A stretch of DNA of 61,106 bases, taken from IMG/VR virus record IMGVR_UViG_3300027969_000110, positions 1 to 61,106 of that record. One strand, written 5' to 3'. This DNA comes from a virus. Its lineage: Duplodnaviria > Caudoviricetes. The notes under the pieces are model-generated. The model had not been told where the DNA came from, did not search any database, and was given only the letters and a program-made list of their open reading frames with translations. The translations under genes and the position numbers were made by a program. Numbering within the stretch: position 1 is the stretch's first letter; each line of letters starts with the position of its first letter. Below are positions 56,973-61,106 of this stretch, piece after piece.

Positions 56973-57217
56973 TGAGGTTTGGCCCCGTGGATCAATCAAC
57001 GATCAATATGGTCTTTGGGGCCATTCTAGCGGTATCCGGTTGGTTCTTTCGAATGCTATGGGAAGCAGTCCAAACGCTGAAAGACGATTTGCACAAAGTT
57101 CAAATTGATTTGCCGGTAAACTACGTTCGAAAAGACGATCTCGACAAGCGGATGGATCACATAGAAACGATGTTCCAGCGCATCTATGACAAGTTAGACG
57201 GGAAGGCTGACAAATGA
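56969..57217 (+). CDS. Small membrane/coiled-coil lysis-region protein
   Basis: TM helix then LP..YV.KDD...KLDGKADK. Confidence 0.6.
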   Translation: MMRFGPVDQSTINMVFGAILAVSGWFFRMLWEAVQTLKDDLHKVQIDLPVNYVRKDDLDKRMDHIETMFQRIYDKLDGKADK

Positions 57218-57687
57218 GCACAACTGAAGAGAAGCAGGAAAAGATTGCTCTTGAAATGGCTGCAAGCGCCAGCAAAGGCGCGCTGGTCGAGAAGATCACT
57301 TTCGCTGGCATTCCAATCTTGTTCTCTTGCGTCGTCTATTTGATGAGCGCCCTTTCCAATGCCAACAATGAAATCATCCAAATCAAATCCAAGATTGCCG
57401 TTGTGGTGAACGCTGACAATAAGGCGATCCCGCCGCAGGGAACGACCATTGACATGGCGCAGATCAGGGAAGCCCTGAGCGACAAAATTGAAAAGGTCGA
57501 GCGGGAGGCGGCGCTTGCCCGTGCAGCCATGACGCTTGATCGCGAGCGTTCGATGTCTGCCATAGAGAAATCTCGCATGGACATGAATACTGACGCAGCT
57601 ATGGCCCGTGCCGCCATACGCTTTGATGTGGCCCAATTGGTCGCAGCGTTAGACAAGCGCATTACGCTGTTGGAGAAAGACAAATGA
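57214..57687 (+). CDS. Membrane-anchored coiled-coil protein
   Basis: Single TM helix and coiled coil; in lysis cluster. Confidence 0.5.
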   Translation: MSTTEEKQEKIALEMAASASKGALVEKITFAGIPILFSCVVYLMSALSNANNEIIQIKSKIAVVVNADNKAIPPQGTTIDMAQIREALSDKIEKVEREAALARAAMTLDRERSMSAIEKSRMDMNTDAAMARAAIRFDVAQLVAALDKRITLLEKDK

Positions 57688-58205
57688 GCCTTCTTGATCA
57701 GTTTGGGCCTTTGCTTGGTCAAATTGCCCCCACTATCGCCACTGCGCTGGGCGGTCCATTGGCCGGTATTGCTGTCAAGACGCTGTCTGCTGTCCTGCTG
57801 GGCCACGAAAACGGCTCTGAGGATGATGTAAAGGCGGCAATGACATCTGCGTCCCCAGACCAACTTGTGGCCCTGAAGAAGATCGACGCCGAGTTCAAAT
57901 CGCACATGAAAGAGTTAGACATTGATCTTGAGCGGATTGCCGCAGGGGATCGTGACAGTGCCCGGCAGATGCAGCGCGAAACCAAAGATTGGGTGCCCAA
58001 GCTTCTGGCGATTGTCATCACAGTTGGGTTCTTTGGCATTTTGGTCTGGATGCTGGTGATGGGTATGCCGCAGACGGGAACTGAAGCTTTGCTTATGATG
58101 CTTGGGGCTCTTGGCACAGCATGGACGGGCGTTGTGAACTTCTATTACGGCTCTTCCGCTGGCTCTAAGGCGAAGAACGACCTTCTGGCAGCAAAGGACA
58201 AGTGA
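57684..58205 (+). CDS. Holin (GTA 3TM-like)
   Basis: APTIATALGGPLAG, DRDSAR, TM helices, FYYGSSAGS. Confidence 0.75.
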   Translation: MSLLDQFGPLLGQIAPTIATALGGPLAGIAVKTLSAVLLGHENGSEDDVKAAMTSASPDQLVALKKIDAEFKSHMKELDIDLERIAAGDRDSARQMQRETKDWVPKLLAIVITVGFFGILVWMLVMGMPQTGTEALLMMLGALGTAWTGVVNFYYGSSAGSKAKNDLLAAKDK

Positions 58206-58206
58206 C

Positions 58207-58716
58207 ATGAAAGAGAATTGGGACAAAAGCTTCAACATGGTTTTGGTCCATGAGGGCGGCTACGTCAACGATCCGCGCGATCCGGGCGGGCGCACCAACA
58301 TGGGCGTGACCCAGCGGGCGTGGGAATCCTACCTCAACCGCAGCGTGACTGAGGCGGAAATTCGCGGCCTGACACGCGAAGTTATCAAGCCGTTCTATAA
58401 GGCGATGTATTGGGACAAGCTCAAAGGCGATCAGCTTCCGGCTGGCGTGGACTATGCCGCCTATGACTTGGCAGTAAATTCCGGCGTGGGCCGGGCGGCA
58501 AAATACCTTCAAGAGATTGCCGGTGTGGTGGTAGATGGAGCCATTGGCCCCAAATCTATGGAAGCCATTGCGGCCTGCGACCCGCAAGAAATGGTTGATG
58601 CTCTCTGCGGAATGCGGCTTGAGTTCCTTCAGCGCCTCCCCACTTTTGGCACGTATGGCAAAGGCTGGAGCATCCGTGTTGCAGAGGTTAAGGAAAAGGC
58701 GACCAGTATGGCGTAA
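58207..58716 (+). CDS. Endolysin, glycoside hydrolase 108 (ZliS-like) with peptidoglycan-binding domain
   Basis: HEGGYVNDPRDPGGRTNMGVT, YW, D.AVNSG, DG.IGP, GKGW..RV. Confidence 0.9.
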   Translation: MKENWDKSFNMVLVHEGGYVNDPRDPGGRTNMGVTQRAWESYLNRSVTEAEIRGLTREVIKPFYKAMYWDKLKGDQLPAGVDYAAYDLAVNSGVGRAAKYLQEIAGVVVDGAIGPKSMEAIAACDPQEMVDALCGMRLEFLQRLPTFGTYGKGWSIRVAEVKEKATSMA

Positions 58717-58760
58717 ATGATTTGGCAGTGGTATAGTCGCAGCGTCTTGGAGTTTCAGAC

Positions 58761-59705
58761 ATGACCACCGGCCTTACTTACTCGCAGTATGTCGAACAGA
58801 TAGCCACGATGGCGGTCGTTCCTTCGTCGGACCCTGCTTTCCAAATAATTCTGCCGCAAATGATCACATATGCCGAAAACCGGATGTATCGTGATCTTGA
58901 CTTCCTTTTCACATCGTCAGCGACAACATCCTACAGCATGACGGCTGGCAGTCGGTCAATCAACGTCAATGCAGATACATTCCCCAGTGGCACGTTAGTG
59001 GTCCCCGAACAGATTAACGTCTTGGTTCTGACGGCTATCTTTACCGGCTACATATCTGGCACAACTCTGACGGTTACTGCTGTGAATTCTGGAACCATTG
59101 TCACTGCAATGGTGATTTCTGGGCTTGGCATTACTCCCGGAACGACGGTGGTATCGCTCGGGACAGGAACTGGTGGCGTTGGCACATACACCGTTGGCAC
59201 ATCGCAGACTGTTGCATCCACCAGCATCACCGGAAATAAGACATCTACTAGTGCCGACACGGCAGACCGGGTTCCATTGCTCCCGACGACAAAGGAGTTT
59301 TTGGATGCCACTTACGGGTCAGGGGCTGTAGCAAATCGCGGCGTCCCCCAGTATTGGGTGCCGTTTGACAATTACACTTTCTTGGTTGGCCCGTACCCTG
59401 ATCAAAGCTACACCATTGAATTGGTTGGCACTTATCGCCCTGCGAGCCTGTCGTCTTCAAACACAACTACCTTCATCAGCCAAAATCTGCCAGATGTTAT
59501 GATTATGGCTTCGATGGTCTACATCAGCGCGTATCAGCGCAACTTTGGACGAGCCAGTGATGACCCGCAAATGGCAGTCACCTATGAGGCTCAGTACCAG
59601 ACCCTTCTGAAGGGCGCGATGTCTGAAGAGAACCGCAAGAAGTTTGAAGCTTCTGCTTGGTCTTCGCAGTCTCAGTCCACCACCGCCACCCCGACACGGG
59701 GGTAA
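58761..59705 (+). CDS. Head-tail connector protein with inserted beta domain
   Basis: LTY..Y...I...AENR.YRDLD; GVPQYW; VGP.PDQSY..EL; T.FIS.N.PD; Thr/Gly-rich insert. Confidence 0.65.
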   Translation: MTTGLTYSQYVEQIATMAVVPSSDPAFQIILPQMITYAENRMYRDLDFLFTSSATTSYSMTAGSRSINVNADTFPSGTLVVPEQINVLVLTAIFTGYISGTTLTVTAVNSGTIVTAMVISGLGITPGTTVVSLGTGTGGVGTYTVGTSQTVASTSITGNKTSTSADTADRVPLLPTTKEFLDATYGSGAVANRGVPQYWVPFDNYTFLVGPYPDQSYTIELVGTYRPASLSSSNTTTFISQNLPDVMIMASMVYISAYQRNFGRASDDPQMAVTYEAQYQTLLKGAMSEENRKKFEASAWSSQSQSTTATPTRG

Positions 59706-59708
59706 GCC

Positions 59709-61106
59709 ATGCCACATAGTTCGCTCAAACTCATCCCCGGCGTCGATCAGAACAAGACACTTGCGCTCAATGAAGCGGCTATCTCTGAAAGCCAGCTTAT
59801 CAGGTTCATCCCTGACAGGACGTTGGGCGGGCTTGTTCAAAAGCTGGGGGGTTGGACAAAGTATTTTGGCTCCACGATGGGTTCTATCGTTCGTGCTCTA
59901 TGGGCATGGCAAGATACTAGCAACGAATCTTATTTGGGCATTGGCGCGGACGGAATTGCTGGCGGCGGCGGAAAAGCCCTGCAAGTCATTTCAGTTGTCG
60001 ATAGCACCATAGACGATATAACGCCAAGACAACTAATTGTTAACAATGGAAGTCTTGTACCGCCAGAAGGCCCTGCCACTACCTTTGGTAGCAATCTGGT
60101 TGTTATGAATGATACAGGCCGCGGCATATCCAGCAATGATGTCGTTAACATTAAAACGCAAATAAGCGTTGGTGGCATTATCTTGTTCGGGCAGTATCAG
60201 TGCTACAACCCCGGCAATGACCCTGATTCCTACAACATCTATGCGTTGAATGTTGCGGGTAATCCCGATCTAGCACCTCTCCCTGCGCTCGCCTCCGATG
60301 TAGTCGGCAATGGGACGACAGCAACTATAACCTATGACAGTACATATATTTTTGCTGTTGGCTCACAAGTTCTCGTAAGCGGAATGACAGGTGGGGCAGC
60401 GGGGTACAATGGAACATGGACCGTTACCGCATCTATAGCGGGAGAGGTTTCTTTTGCTAGCGTCCTGACAGCATCACTAAGCGGTCTAGCTACAGTAAAC
60501 ACTGTCACCAGCGTCCCAAAATTCAACACGGTTTTAGATTCTAACAGCATAACGGTAACGCTTAACGACCACAGGTATGAAGCTGGAGACCTGTTTCCAG
60601 TTTTGATTAGTACGGTTGTTGATGGGTTTACGATTTTTGGCAACTACATAGTTATACAGAAGCTACTGGCTAGTAATAGCACCGCCACGCGAGAAGTTTC
60701 CTATCAATTTGTCATACAAGAAAAAACAATAGCAACATCAACAACTTCTGGATATGAAAATGGCGGATATGCCTACTACGTCTACAGCAAAGGGCAGACT
60801 CCTACGATTGCCGGGTATGGTTACGGCATTCGCGGATATGGCGGTACTGGAAGCCCAACCTCTGGGTATGGCGGAACTATTTCCGGCACAACTCCAACTT
60901 TCCCAACCGGAACACCTATAAATGCGGTTGATTGGACGTTAGACAATTGGGGTGAAGTGCTTCTGTCTTGCCCATTGGACGGGGCCATATATCAATGGTC
61001 TCCCACTGCTGGCAACGATCTTGCGACCGTAATACCGGAGGCCCCAACCGTTAACGAAGGCATGTTTCTTGCCATGCCACAACGGCAAATCATTGCATGG
61101 GGCAGC
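59709..61106 (+). CDS. 5' part of tail tubular/nozzle protein (continues at 1-1142)
   Basis: MPHSSLKLIPGV...IRF...QKLGGW; open frame to end of window, in frame with ORF 15-1142. Confidence 0.7.
   Translation, partial: MPHSSLKLIPGVDQNKTLALNEAAISESQLIRFIPDRTLGGLVQKLGGWTKYFGSTMGSIVRALWAWQDTSNESYLGIGADGIAGGGGKALQVISVVDSTIDDITPRQLIVNNGSLVPPEGPATTFGSNLVVMNDTGRGISSNDVVNIKTQISVGGIILFGQYQCYNPGNDPDSYNIYALNVAGNPDLAPLPALASDVVGNGTTATITYDSTYIFAVGSQVLVSGMTGGAAGYNGTWTVTASIAGEVSFASVLTASLSGLATVNTVTSVPKFNTVLDSNSITVTLNDHRYEAGDLFPVLISTVVDGFTIFGNYIVIQKLLASNSTATREVSYQFVIQEKTIATSTTSGYENGGYAYYVYSKGQTPTIAGYGYGIRGYGGTGSPTSGYGGTISGTTPTFPTGTPINAVDWTLDNWGEVLLSCPLDGAIYQWSPTAGNDLATVIPEAPTVNEGMFLAMPQRQIIAWGS
60961..61106. 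repeat. Terminal direct repeat (copy 2)
   Basis: Matches 1-146 at 145/146 positions. Confidence 0.95.

Noticed and set aside
60961-61106. 146-bp terminal repeat as a biological terminal repeat
   Set aside because: It falls mid-gene and is about one read length, so it is best explained as circular assembly overlap; the single mismatch is a conservative Glu/Asp change or an error.

Overview
This window is an apparently complete, circularly assembled ~60,960 bp tailed dsDNA phage genome: bases 1-146 recur at 60961-61106 with one mismatch. It is podovirus-like, with DNA-ejection proteins and no tape measure. A GcrA homologue, a CtrA/OmpR-type winged-helix protein and perfect parS sites point to an alphaproteobacterial host. 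The + strand morphogenesis arm (29434/31779-61106, wrapping to 1-11277) encodes the terminases, portal, internal proteins, GroES-like chaperone, scaffold, capsid, adaptors, collagen-like fibres, a multi-domain glycosyltransferase and lysis genes. The remainder is a - strand recombination block (ERF, YqaJ exonuclease, SSB-like, HNHs, GcrA), a + strand replication block (Cro-like, RusA, MTase, short initiator with iterons, SF2 helicase, primase) and a - strand early block with a MoxR AAA+/VWA-like pair. I saw no integrase, DNA polymerase, ParA/ParB, tRNA or CRISPR array. The most notable unexplained signals are four. (1) A ~4.5 kb strand-specific desert for ACCG/GACC (26000-30471) is bounded on the left by a dense single-orientation GACC array. 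(2) Three perfect chromosomal-type parS palindromes sit next to terS in a phage with no ParB. (3) An x-x-x-G-G motif recurs about 28 times across seven putative internal virion proteins and appears to delimit swappable cargo cassettes. (4) Structured RNA elements flank the capsid genes, and the capsid 3' end is recoded next to a homing endonuclease. All calls come from reading motifs by eye; counts are manual and no database searches were run.
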